IMG/VR virus record: IMGVR_UViG_3300027759_000095
Span: 1-61,872 of that record
Direction: 5' to 3' (one strand)
Source of the DNA: a virus
Lineage: Duplodnaviria > Caudoviricetes
DNA length: 61,872 bases
A program made the position numbers and the translations under genes. The notes under the pieces are model-generated. The model ran no database searches, was not told the DNA's origin, and saw only the letters and a list, made by a program, of their open reading frames with translations. Within the stretch, counting starts at the first letter, position 1. Each line of letters starts with the position of its first letter. Positions 29,835 to 37,777 of this stretch are shown here, piece after piece.

Positions 29835-30029
29835 TTACGATTCCTGTACATGTTTTCGGCGCTTCTTGATGGCCGCAATACCCTCTTCCGGCTTACGTGC
29901 TTCCATGAAGTAGTCAGCCATTTCAAAGGCGGTAGGGACAATTAACTCCCCCTCCCTATTTCTAATGATCAAGCCGGTCATGGCAAACATGGCCGCCAAG
30001 TCGCGTAGGTTTTCTTCATGCTCAGTCAT
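29835..30029 (-). CDS. Hypothetical protein
   Basis: LRDLAAMFAM...AFEMADYFMEAR conserved small phage motif; coupled. Confidence 0.65.
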   Translation of the reverse strand: MTEHEENLRDLAAMFAMTGLIIRNREGELIVPTAFEMADYFMEARKPEEGIAAIKKRRKHVQES

Positions 30030-30244
30030 TAGTGGATCTCCATGTTCTGGCGGTTCTCTCTTGCTATACGCAGTGTTTGTATAACAGCGTTAACGGCCTG
30101 ATGTTCATTGTCCATCTTGAGTTGGACCATCATCTCGCACATCACAGAGCAAAGAGCCATAACGGCGTTCATTGGCTCCTTACATTCTGTGTTGGCTATG
30201 GCCGCATAGATGGCGTTCTGCATGTTTTCGAATTCATCCATCAC
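30029..30244 (-). CDS. Hypothetical protein
   Basis: Coupled ORF in the leftward operon. Confidence 0.6.
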   Translation of the reverse strand: MMDEFENMQNAIYAAIANTECKEPMNAVMALCSVMCEMMVQLKMDNEHQAVNAVIQTLRIARENRQNMEIH

Positions 30245-30513
30245 ATCTCCAAGGCTTCAATTTTTTGGGACAAGAGGTCGCTCAAGTATTTGCCTTTGAC
30301 GGCGATATGCTCGATCTCTTTGACATCATCAACCTGCCGCACGCAATCCTTCAAGGCTTTGTTGTAGCCAGCTTTGTAGGCATCATTGCCATCAAGGATC
30401 ATGCAGATGGCATCACGCACCATCGCTGATGCTTTGCGCTGCGCTGCCAAGACCTTGATCTTGTCGTGATATTCCACTGGTAGGTATACGCTATAGGGAA
30501 TTAGTTTCTTCAT
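30241..30513 (-). CDS. Putative ribbon-helix-helix DNA-binding protein
   Basis: PYSVYLP.EYHDKIK.LA...S.MVRDAI fits the RHH beta-alpha-alpha pattern. Confidence 0.5.
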   Translation of the reverse strand: MKKLIPYSVYLPVEYHDKIKVLAAQRKASAMVRDAICMILDGNDAYKAGYNKALKDCVRQVDDVKEIEHIAVKGKYLSDLLSQKIEALEM

Positions 30514-30956
30514 TGTGTTAAGCCTTTATGATTATGCAGAGCGCTGGCCGCTGTATCAAGTGTTTTAAAATATCCAATGTGTATTTTTTTTATTTGAACA
30601 GCCCAACAATTAGTTTGTTTGTACCAACGAATATGTTTAATACCAGATTTATTGTTTCTATACATGCCCATATTTTGTGCATTCTCCTGCAATGAAACGC
30701 TGCGCAAATTTTCAATCTTATTATTGGCTCTATTTCTGTCAATATGATCAATCGTGTCTGGCTGAGCCCCATAGTGCATGATGTAAATCAAACGATGGGC
30801 TTTGTACTTTTTACCATTGATCGTAATCAAAATATAACCATCCTTATCAGGAGATCCGGCGCAAGTACCTGCGGGTAGCTTTTTATTCGGCTTATCCTTC
30901 CAGTACAAACATCCGTCGCGATATGTAAACAGGTTGTCCAATATTTCCTTGTTCAT
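30510..30956 (-). CDS. HNH homing endonuclease (HNH-AP2 type)
   Basis: AHRLIY...IDHIDRNRANNKIENLR..N; C-terminal SG.K.I.W...W...IGYF. Confidence 0.88.
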   Translation of the reverse strand: MNKEILDNLFTYRDGCLYWKDKPNKKLPAGTCAGSPDKDGYILITINGKKYKAHRLIYIMHYGAQPDTIDHIDRNRANNKIENLRSVSLQENAQNMGMYRNNKSGIKHIRWYKQTNCWAVQIKKIHIGYFKTLDTAASALHNHKGLTQ

Positions 30957-31375
30957 GTTTTCCTCCATGCCTCAAAGCTTGCTTTAAGACGGTTAAATAA
31001 ATCGCGGGCCTCTTCGTCTGTCTTTAGTTCCTTGCGGGACTCTATGCCCAGATAGAAGATTAGCCAAGATGCGCAGGCCTTTTCGTTCTTCTCCATCAGC
31101 CACTCCTTCTTGTGCAGCCACTCCCAGAAATCAGGATCTCGGCAGAGTATTCCAGCCATCTTAACGGCATGGTCGCCTGGAAACTCATGTTCACGGACCA
31201 TGGGCTGCTCATCGTCGCCCAGCCGCACCATCACAACAACATAACGCGAGCCAACAAAGTCACGCATTAAGTCGTCGGGAAGGTCATCAGGATGGACGGC
31301 CATCGTTAAAACGTAGCCGTCCTTTGACTGCTTGAGTCCAGTCTTTATGCCTTCAAACTGGATTGGTTCGCTCAA
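30953..31375 (-). CDS. Hypothetical conserved phage protein
   Basis: AGILCRDPDFWEWL...LGIESRKEL motif; coupled. Confidence 0.7.
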   Translation of the reverse strand: MSEPIQFEGIKTGLKQSKDGYVLTMAVHPDDLPDDLMRDFVGSRYVVVMVRLGDDEQPMVREHEFPGDHAVKMAGILCRDPDFWEWLHKKEWLMEKNEKACASWLIFYLGIESRKELKTDEEARDLFNRLKASFEAWRKT

Positions 31376-31568
31376 GCTTCATCTCCAAGTACTTGATCAC
31401 GCCAACAGACATGGTCAGCTGCTCTTCAATTTTTTCAAGCTGGTCTTCAAGCTTGCAAAGCTTTTCGTCAAGCTTTATTTCATTGTCAATTGCTAGTTGC
31501 AAAGCACTGTTCAAATTGACGCAAACTTTTTTCCACTCTTTAACTGTGGTTGGTGTCTTCTTAGTCAT
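31353..31568 (-). CDS. Hypothetical coiled-coil protein
   Basis: Coupled ORF. Confidence 0.6.
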   Translation of the reverse strand: MTKKTPTTVKEWKKVCVNLNSALQLAIDNEIKLDEKLCKLEDQLEKIEEQLTMSVGVIKYLEMKLERTNPV

Positions 31569-31821
31569 CCCATGGGTCCTTTTCTTGAGTTACAGCAGGC
31601 TTAACGTAGGTATTCACCTTCATTGAAACCATTCGATTGTTGTTCTTGTCGCGCTTTACCCAGCCGTCCAGCTTGATCGTTACCGTATCTTCACCCTTGG
31701 CTGATTCAATCATCTGCATGAGGTAGGCTTTGTCAAACTTCATGTTGCCGTTCATGTCCGGCGCTTTCTCGTTTCGCTTGTTTAGGGAGGTAAACAGCGC
31801 TCCTGTGTTGGAGTATTCCAT
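31561..31821 (-). CDS. Putative small single-stranded DNA-binding protein
   Basis: NTGALF..K...APDMNG...W.K...SM pattern with acidic tail DPWDD, next to an ERF gene. Confidence 0.5.
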   Translation of the reverse strand: MEYSNTGALFTSLNKRNEKAPDMNGNMKFDKAYLMQMIESAKGEDTVTIKLDGWVKRDKNNNRMVSMKVNTYVKPAVTQEKDPWDD

Positions 31822-32513
31822 TAAAATTTTCCTTTCGCTTCTTTAAACAAATCCATGATTTCAGCATGGATCTCGGGTGACGTTGCTTTCGCGTGGTCGT
31901 AATGCTGGCGGTTGACCTTGTACATTTCCTTAACCTTGTCTTCGCTGTCTGCGTAAGTCAGCTTTAACTTGGTTGCATCAATTAGCAGCTGGTTCCACTG
32001 ATCAGAGTCTTCGGCATTAATCACAATCGTCCATGCCTGGTTAGGCTCTACCCACTCAGGCGGTAGCTTGTCGCCTTTAACGTACTTCTTCGGCTCCGCT
32101 TTTGGCTCCGCCTTTGGCTCGGCTTTTACCTTAGGCTCCTCTGCTCTGGCAGAAGAATCAATGGCATCATGCTCCACAATCTCCATAGCCGTCATCCATA
32201 GGTAGCGGCGTTGGTAGGTTTCAACCGCGCCTAGGTTTTGGATGGGGTGTGCGCCCTTTAGTTCAGCTCCAGCCATAGGGCTAGAGATCACAATCACCGT
32301 GCCGTCGTCGGTGTCGGTGATGGATAGGGTTGCGTAGGTTTGCTCGTAAGAGACAACGCCACACAAGCCCAGCTCGTAAAAGATAAGTTGAATATCAGGC
32401 AAGAAGTCGCCCAGTTCAAAATACTTGTAGCCGGCAAACTTGTTCAGTCCCGTCTTTTGTAACTTCGTGTTGTACAGGCGTATCCGCGCCTGCATTAATT
32501 TCTTATGTACCAT
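31821..32513 (-). CDS. erf: ERF-family single-strand annealing recombinase
   Basis: K.G.NKFAGYKYFEL.D...QNLGAVETYQRRYL...D.ID; AEPK x3 linker. Confidence 0.85.
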   Translation of the reverse strand: MVHKKLMQARIRLYNTKLQKTGLNKFAGYKYFELGDFLPDIQLIFYELGLCGVVSYEQTYATLSITDTDDGTVIVISSPMAGAELKGAHPIQNLGAVETYQRRYLWMTAMEIVEHDAIDSSARAEEPKVKAEPKAEPKAEPKKYVKGDKLPPEWVEPNQAWTIVINAEDSDQWNQLLIDATKLKLTYADSEDKVKEMYKVNRQHYDHAKATSPEIHAEIMDLFKEAKGKF

Positions 32514-32522
32514 GCTTTTCCT

Positions 32523-32690
32523 TTAAAAAAACCCAAACCAAACGCCGGTTCCGTGAATCCATGCGATTGGGAAAACGATAGCGCCAGCAATGAGGAATCC
32601 CCATTTACCTGCGCTCAAACAAACAACGATGTGCGTCAGCCAAGACGCGATGATCCAGCCAAATAAGGCTGCTAACAATGGCTCTTCCAT
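32523..32690 (-). CDS. Small membrane protein, 55 aa (not in ORF track)
   Basis: MEEPLLAALFGWIIASWLTHIVVCLSAGKWGFLIAGAIVFPIAWIHGTGVWFGFF; RBS AGGAG; fills the gap exactly. Confidence 0.75.
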   Translation of the reverse strand: MEEPLLAALFGWIIASWLTHIVVCLSAGKWGFLIAGAIVFPIAWIHGTGVWFGFF

Positions 32691-32692
32691 GC

Positions 32693-33571
32693 TTACTCCT
32701 TGGTTTTTAAATAATCCTGGTACTGATTGCAGTACCTACTAACAGAGCAAAAGTTAGCGCAGCGCGTCCGTTCTCCCAGCCGCACTTCTATCTCGTACTC
32801 TTTCCCGTACTCCGCCACCTTGGCTAGAGCTTCTTCATTGGTGTCACAGACATTGCGTGCCTTGACTCCACCAATCTTTTTAACCGCGTAGGTTGTTTGC
32901 TTTTCCCACATCTCATCAGAGGTGCAGTGGGGTAACTCGTCACCCGTCTCAAGATCAAACAGGGCGTTAGAGTGTGTCTCAATGCGCTCCTCAATGAATG
33001 CTTGCTGGCGCTCGTATGGCCACAACTGGATAGGGATAACCTTCACAGGCGCGTCAGGGTAGCCTTGCTTGATGGAGGCATCCCTGCGGCTCCAGTCGCG
33101 GATGATGGCCACGATCTCCAACTTGCTCACGTCGACGTTCTTAACCTTTCGGACAAGCCAAGCGTAGATGTTTAGCTGTAGCTCCCAGTCGATCTTCTCG
33201 TTCATCACCGACCATGCGCCTACAGTCTTGTAGTCATTGACAGTGATGGTGCCGTCCTGATTGACAATCTGTAGGTCAATAGCGCCGGTAATGGACCAGC
33301 CGTCAACGCTGGTATGTAGGCGTTCCTCGACTAGGTGATGGTCATCCTTGCCGTGTTCCAGTACGCCGTGAATGGCCGTTCCAAAGATGGACCAGACCAT
33401 CTCGCTAACGTCCTGCTCTATCTGATCGGCGTGCAGCTTGCGCAGCTGGACAATCCTGGGGGAAGAGATCAACTCGGTGGCCGAGATGTTGGACTTTCCC
33501 TTCGAGTAAGACGGGCGCTTTAAGACGTTCACAAACGTCTGCGGTAGGTTGTACCTGTTAGTGATGATCAT
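32693..33571 (-). CDS. PD-(D/E)XK (Cas4/RecB-like) exonuclease
   Basis: GTAIH..LE, ITGAIDL...DYKT, QLNIY, C-terminal RC..FC.V..C cluster. Confidence 0.85.
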   Translation of the reverse strand: MIITNRYNLPQTFVNVLKRPSYSKGKSNISATELISSPRIVQLRKLHADQIEQDVSEMVWSIFGTAIHGVLEHGKDDHHLVEERLHTSVDGWSITGAIDLQIVNQDGTITVNDYKTVGAWSVMNEKIDWELQLNIYAWLVRKVKNVDVSKLEIVAIIRDWSRRDASIKQGYPDAPVKVIPIQLWPYERQQAFIEERIETHSNALFDLETGDELPHCTSDEMWEKQTTYAVKKIGGVKARNVCDTNEEALAKVAEYGKEYEIEVRLGERTRCANFCSVSRYCNQYQDYLKTKE

Positions 33572-34097
33572 TGTGTTTGCTTTCTAGGTAAAAAATAAAA
33601 TCTATTAAAGACCAGCCGCTTACCATTATTTTCATTTTTATTTCTTTAGTCTTCCATGATGGCCTGCCCTCTACTACAAAAGTAGACAGGCTCCCATCCT
33701 TAACATGGCGCTCCAATTCTGAACGTGTCATTGACAACATGTTCTTTACATGGTCCAGTGTGTAGACAGCCGTGTATTGAACATATCTATGAATGCACTG
33801 CTGTATTTGCTGCTCCTTCTTCTCTTCTTTTTTTTCGTCCTTTATCTCTTGCTCAATTTCGCGTGCCGTCTTTTTGTTCGCTATGTTGAACTTTGGGTCT
33901 TCTGTTTTTATAGCCTTCTTCTCAGCAGCGATTGCTTCCTCTCTGGTAGGAAAGTGTTCAATGGTTACCCTGGAAACCTTGTTGAACCACTGTGAATGAT
34001 CCTTATGCTGGCTTAGCCTTTTGAACGTACTTAGGGAAATGCCAACGTAAAGAAGCGCGTTCTCATTGTCGAAATGTCTATAAAGCTCAGTGTTCAT
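33558..34097 (-). CDS. GIY-YIG nuclease-domain protein
   Basis: LYRHFD...LLYVGIS....R..QH...E..AI..E.P.FN; possible C-terminal HTH. Confidence 0.8.
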   Translation of the reverse strand: MNTELYRHFDNENALLYVGISLSTFKRLSQHKDHSQWFNKVSRVTIEHFPTREEAIAAEKKAIKTEDPKFNIANKKTAREIEQEIKDEKKEEKKEQQIQQCIHRYVQYTAVYTLDHVKNMLSMTRSELERHVKDGSLSTFVVEGRPSWKTKEIKMKIMVSGWSLIDFIFYLESKHNDHH

Positions 34098-34125
34098 CTA
34101 GTAAAATACCTGTTGTGGGCAACAC

Positions 34126-34155
34126 ATTGTACCCATAGTATATCATGTCTTGCAA
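34126..34155 (-). promoter_or_regulatory. Leftward sigma70-like promoter
   Basis: TTGCAA-N18-TACAAT on the minus strand upstream of 34097. Confidence 0.6.
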
Positions 34156-34174
34156 CCCCTTTCTAAAAATATTT

Positions 34175-34489
34175 ATGGCGGTCACAACTACGCAGCGCAG
34201 CCTCAAGTACATGAGGGACAACGGCTTCTATGCCGAGGTAGTAGAGCGGTACAACTCTTTTACCAAGCGCAAGAATGACTTCGCCGGCTTCATTGACATC
34301 CTGTGCCTGGGCCAGGGCGCGGTAATCGGCGTGCAGACCACCAGCTGGGGCCACACATCAGACCGGCTAAAGAAGATCCTAGAGCATGAGAACCTAGATA
34401 TCGTGAGAGATGCTGGCATCAAGATAGAGGTCCACGGCTGGCAGAAAAAGGGCAACCGTTGGCAAGTAAAAATTATTCATGTAGAATAG
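34175..34489 (+). CDS. PD-(D/E)XK nuclease / Holliday junction resolvase-like protein
   Basis: MRDNGF.AEVVE...D.AGFIDILCL...GVQTT...EVHGW.K. Confidence 0.6.
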   Translation: MAVTTTQRSLKYMRDNGFYAEVVERYNSFTKRKNDFAGFIDILCLGQGAVIGVQTTSWGHTSDRLKKILEHENLDIVRDAGIKIEVHGWQKKGNRWQVKIIHVE

Positions 34490-34522
34490 CGTTGCTTTCT
34501 CCTTGGTCCTAAAAAGACCCTT

Positions 34523-34549
34523 ACCCCCTGGGCGACTGGGGGGTTTTTT
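34523..34549 (+). terminator. Rho-independent terminator
   Basis: ACCCCCTGG-GCGA-CTGGGGGGT stem-loop followed by a T run. Confidence 0.75.
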
Positions 34550-34571
34550 AACTTTACCAGCTGTTAAAGTT
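34550..34571. repeat. Dispersed palindrome site 2 (AACTTTACCAGCTGTTAAAGTT)
   Basis: Intergenic, 25 nt upstream of the -35 of the ncRNA promoter. Confidence 0.85.
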
Positions 34572-34595
34572 GGAGAAAATATTTTTTAGTACTTA

Positions 34596-34624
34596 TTGCC
34601 GAAAAGCAAAAAGTGCTGTACAGT
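34596..34624 (+). promoter_or_regulatory. sigma70-like promoter for the ncRNA region
   Basis: TTGCCG-N17-TACAGT. Confidence 0.6.
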
Positions 34625-34630
34625 TAGAAC

Positions 34631-34724
34631 TGTTGTAGTCGTTCACAACATGTTTAAAGCCGTTACTCATGCATTGGCCTCCATCTCGGAGGGAACGACC
34701 CAGTGCAGTAGTAACGGCTTTTTT
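34631..34724 (+). ncRNA. c4/CI-like antisense RNA with upstream target hairpin
   Basis: Hairpin TGTTGT-AGTCGTTC-ACAACA; stem AAAGCCGTTACT/AGTAACGGCTTT enclosing TGCATTGG/CCAGTGCA and CCTCC/GGAGG; unpaired GAACGAC (34693-99) is complementary to the upstream loop GTCGTTC. Confidence 0.65.
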
Positions 34725-34729
34725 CGTTT

Positions 34730-35047
34730 ACGACTGCCACCGGACTCCATCCGTTAGCAAGTGGTTGTATCGCCAGCGTGGAAGTAAAGACAAAAAACTC
34801 GGTGTGACCCGCACCTCCGAAGTAGCGAGAGCCAAAAGGAATAAACAAGGTTGTCAGTAATGACACATACCCTAGACCGCTGGGAGATGATCGACAAGCC
34901 GGTGAGAACTGGCTTTATCGGGATTCCAGGGGAGGGCGGCTTGGCCGGCCGATAGACTGCATAAAAACCAGTCAAAGCACCTTGATAAAGAGTCGTTAGC
35001 CATCCTAGTTTCCCTGCAGGGGGAGGGAGGGTCAACGGGTAAGAGGG
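34730..35047 (+). ncRNA. Candidate large structured non-coding RNA with G-rich tail
   Basis: Nested helices ACGACT/AGTCGT, CCAGCG/CGCTGG and TATCGGG/CTTGATA; two GNRA-capped hairpins; no credible ORF. Confidence 0.5.
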
Positions 35048-35069
35048 CTTAGCACTGACAACACAACAG

Positions 35070-35099
35070 TTGACATGCTAGGAATTCATGTGGTATGAT
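35070..35099 (+). promoter_or_regulatory. Strong sigma70 promoter
   Basis: TTGACA-N18-TATGAT with extended -10 TG. Confidence 0.75.
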
Positions 35100-35105
35100 A
35101 TTTAC

Positions 35106-35181
35106 GAGGGGAAAGCGGATGCTATGGTTTAAAACAATTGAGTCTTGAACCCATGCGGCCCATAGTGCAGCGAGTACCTTC
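35106..35181 (+). ncRNA. Candidate structured 5' leader RNA
   Basis: GAGGG/CCTTC closing stem, GAA/AGTA loop-E-like internal loop, CTATGG/CCATAG stem; starts at the predicted TSS. Confidence 0.4.
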
Positions 35182-35205
35182 ACCTTTTAACTTAGGAGAA
35201 AGCAA

Positions 35206-35685
35206 ATGAGTTGGAATATTTTTAAGAGAGTAGCTCTACTAGAGCAGCAGGTAAAAGACCTAACTGACTTTAACAGTGATCACAGCCGATGGATTGCTCG
35301 GCTGGAGGAGAAAGCACAAAAGCTGGAAAACGCAAACCAGGTTTTAGTGAATTCAAATCAAGCCTTGATTCGCAAGCAGGAGAATCTTGCCGAAAGAGTG
35401 AAAGATATTGAGCATGAGATTTATACGCAATCACGCCAGCCCAGCAGCGATGATGGAGGACGGATTGTCCGGCTAGAAGAAAAAGTAAAGCAATTAGAGA
35501 ACAAGCTTTTTATTCAAGCGGTGGAACACAATGCATTCTCTGAGGTAGACAAGGCAAGGGAGGCTAAGCGCCAGTACCAGCGCGAGTGGTACGCACAAAA
35601 CAAAATCAAAAAAGCTGCGCAAGAGAAGAAGAATGCATACGCAAGAGCCTACTATGCCCGCAAGAAAGGACAAACCAATGCGTAA
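35206..35685 (+). CDS. Coiled-coil hypothetical protein
   Basis: RBS AGGAG; internal RI.RLEEK repeat; basic YQREWY/YARAYY tail. Confidence 0.7.
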   Translation: MSWNIFKRVALLEQQVKDLTDFNSDHSRWIARLEEKAQKLENANQVLVNSNQALIRKQENLAERVKDIEHEIYTQSRQPSSDDGGRIVRLEEKVKQLENKLFIQAVEHNAFSEVDKAREAKRQYQREWYAQNKIKKAAQEKKNAYARAYYARKKGQTNA

Positions 35686-35878
35686 AGTAACCCTTATGGA
35701 GATGCTCAAAGAGCCATTCAAAAAGCCTAGCCCCTTGGAAGTGATAGCGGCAGAGTTAGCTGATGCCCACCTATCCAAGCTGGAGGCCGAGACTGCGTGT
35801 GAGTATGCACAGAGCATCGTGGACTACAACATTAACCGAATCAAGCGCTTGAACGAGCGCGTGGAGGAGTACAAGTGA
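35678..35878 (+). CDS. Hypothetical protein
   Basis: ELADAHLSKLEAETACEYA...YN..RI.RL conserved small phage protein; RBS AAGGA. Confidence 0.7.
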   Translation: MRKVTLMEMLKEPFKKPSPLEVIAAELADAHLSKLEAETACEYAQSIVDYNINRIKRLNERVEEYK

Positions 35879-36174
35879 CCCAAGAAGAACTATACGCAGC
35901 TATGGGCCGAGCCATCGACAGAGAAATAGTTGGTGGAAGCGTGGACAAAAGCGAGACAAACAAAAGCCGTAAGTTAATACTGCAATCGTTTAACCATTAC
36001 ATACCTGATTTTCAGACCTACAGTGGGCATGTGGATAGTCGGGCAGTGCTGGTGTACTTCAAAGACGGTGAGGAAATTGCGCGGTACGAAAACGGTAAGC
36101 ATACATACACGTCAAGGTTCAAAGAACTGTGCCACGAATTAGTAGACGAAATGCTTGAAGGAAAAATGAAATGA
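35875..36174 (+). CDS. Hypothetical protein
   Basis: GTGA overlap, RBS GGAG. Confidence 0.6.
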   Translation: MTQEELYAAMGRAIDREIVGGSVDKSETNKSRKLILQSFNHYIPDFQTYSGHVDSRAVLVYFKDGEEIARYENGKHTYTSRFKELCHELVDEMLEGKMK

Positions 36175-36395
36175 AAGACCAATTATTGGACGGCGAGTAT
36201 TTAATTACCAAAGACTACACAGACTGGATGGTCAAGACCGGCGGTTATGCAAGGGACATGACCATGCGTGATTACTTTGCGGGGCAGGCGCTACGAGGGT
36301 TTGTAGCAGACAAATTAGTACAACCAAGTTATGAGCAAGTGGCGGAAGCCTGTTACGGGTTAGCAGATGCCATGCTCAAGGAGCGTGCCAAATGA
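36171..36395 (+). CDS. Hypothetical protein (MT.RDYFA..A...Y..ADAML family)
   Basis: Widespread small phage motif. Confidence 0.75.
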   Translation: MKDQLLDGEYLITKDYTDWMVKTGGYARDMTMRDYFAGQALRGFVADKLVQPSYEQVAEACYGLADAMLKERAK

Positions 36396-36610
36396 AATAC
36401 TGCGTAAAAACTAGAGGCGGGGAAATCCTCCCCGTGTGGCACGGCAACACATTCAAGGAACCACACAACCAATTTGGTGAGGTGTACCACTTAGTCCTGA
36501 CTACCAAGGACAAAGAGGCGGGTCACTTGAAGTACAAGTTTGTTGGCCCAAACGACGAATACACAATGCTGTGTGATGAGCAAGGCAACCAAGTGGAGGT
36601 GGAGCAATGA
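36392..36610 (+). CDS. Hypothetical protein
   Basis: ATGA-coupled. Confidence 0.6.
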   Translation: MKYCVKTRGGEILPVWHGNTFKEPHNQFGEVYHLVLTTKDKEAGHLKYKFVGPNDEYTMLCDEQGNQVEVEQ

Positions 36611-36786
36611 CATTCCAAGAACAAATCAAAGCACTGCCCGAAGCAGAGCGGATTAAATTCTTTCGCGCAATCATGGCTGTGGTTGACGCAGGCTACGCAG
36701 CGGGTGTGCCGCCCAAGGAGTGGGCAAATTTGTACGCCGATGTGTACAGGGGAGTAAATGACCTAATTGAGGAGAGCAACAAATGA
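36607..36786 (+). CDS. Hypothetical protein, 59 aa (not in ORF track)
   Basis: MTFQEQIKALPEAERIKFF...; ATGA-coupled on both sides. Confidence 0.65.
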   Translation: MTFQEQIKALPEAERIKFFRAIMAVVDAGYAAGVPPKEWANLYADVYRGVNDLIEESNK

Positions 36787-36941
36787 AAGAGCAAGACAAG
36801 GCATACATGGAGCGCGACCTTGATTCGCGCTATGACCCCGACCCCGTTGAGGAAGTGTTTGCATCCGTGAAGCTGCTGATCGCTATGGTTGCCATAGCCG
36901 GTGTAATCGGTATGATCTTTGCAGCATGGTGGCACAAATGA
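36783..36941 (+). CDS. Small membrane protein, 52 aa (not in ORF track)
   Basis: MKEQDKAY...LLIAMVAIAGVIGMIFAAWWHK; coupled. Confidence 0.65.
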   Translation: MKEQDKAYMERDLDSRYDPDPVEEVFASVKLLIAMVAIAGVIGMIFAAWWHK

Positions 36942-37213
36942 ACGTCATGGAACTAGCAAAGCAAGCGGGGTTTAAACGATATCAAGAGCAAGCGCCGGGT
37001 ATTGATGGCGTGGTTGCTAACTGGATAGACCTTGAAGCCTTTGCCGCACTGGTAGCAGCACAGGAGCGCGAGGCCATTATGAAGTCAATAGAAGAACTGC
37101 GCCCAGTAGAGAACAACCCTCTACTGCAAAATAAACCCGCTGCTTTTTGGATTCAAAACTTTAAGCAGATTGTTTACGCAAGGGGAACACAAAAGGAGAA
37201 AAATAATGTTTAA
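36938..37213 (+). CDS. Hypothetical protein
   Basis: ELAKQAG...LEAFAALVAAQEREA..ARG family. Confidence 0.7.
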   Translation: MNVMELAKQAGFKRYQEQAPGIDGVVANWIDLEAFAALVAAQEREAIMKSIEELRPVENNPLLQNKPAAFWIQNFKQIVYARGTQKEKNNV

Positions 37214-37397
37214 ATTTTGTTGGCATAAATGGGATAAGTGGAGCCACGCTATTGAAGACTTCAACGGTTCACTTCATCAAGTGTGTGAGTGCAAAAAATG
37301 CAGTGCAATAAAGCGAAGAAAAGTTGTAAGCATCATGGTGGCCCAACTGGGTGCAGGTCAAGTAAACGATGCCATTCGAGCAAGGGGAACAACATGA
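37206..37397 (+). CDS. Small Cys/His protein
   Basis: CWHKW...CECKKC; RBS AGGAG. Confidence 0.6.
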   Translation: MFKFCWHKWDKWSHAIEDFNGSLHQVCECKKCSAIKRRKVVSIMVAQLGAGQVNDAIRARGTT

Positions 37398-37777
37398 CAG
37401 GATACAAATCAAAACGCGCTGCGGCGCGGGACAAGCTGAATGATGAAAACGACACACAGGTGTACAAAGACCACGGAGATGCACTAACAATTGCGTATCA
37501 ATCGGGGTACTACGATGGAAAAAAAGCAGCACAGCCAGCGCAGGAGCCTGTGGCGTGGGCTGTTTACGACAAGCGTGGGGGAAGCAAATCATTGCATTGG
37601 CCCGAACAACATTCATCCGATGGGGATGCAAATATGTTTGATGCGGTTCCTCTTGTGCCACAGCGCCCGTTGGTAGACCTAACGGATGCTGATTGGAAAG
37701 AAATTGAAGATATGCCCGACGTGTTTGACCAAGGTGTTGCGTGGTGCTTAGCTAGGCTAAAGGGGAAGAACACATGA
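37394..37777 (+). CDS. Hypothetical mosaic protein
   Basis: MTGYKSKRAAARDKL...AQPAQEPVAW...QRPLVDLTD...LKGKNT. Confidence 0.7.
   Translation: MTGYKSKRAAARDKLNDENDTQVYKDHGDALTIAYQSGYYDGKKAAQPAQEPVAWAVYDKRGGSKSLHWPEQHSSDGDANMFDAVPLVPQRPLVDLTDADWKEIEDMPDVFDQGVAWCLARLKGKNT

Noticed and set aside
32091-32126. Short tandem repeats (AEPK x3 in ERF; ALPGDA x2 near 12300; PQGM near 16000)
   Set aside because: Ordinary low-complexity linker expansions
34669-35035. 63-aa (+) and 93-aa (-) ORFs in the control region
   Set aside because: No RBS or recognisable motif; they run through strong RNA helices, so a non-coding interpretation fits better (not fully excluded)
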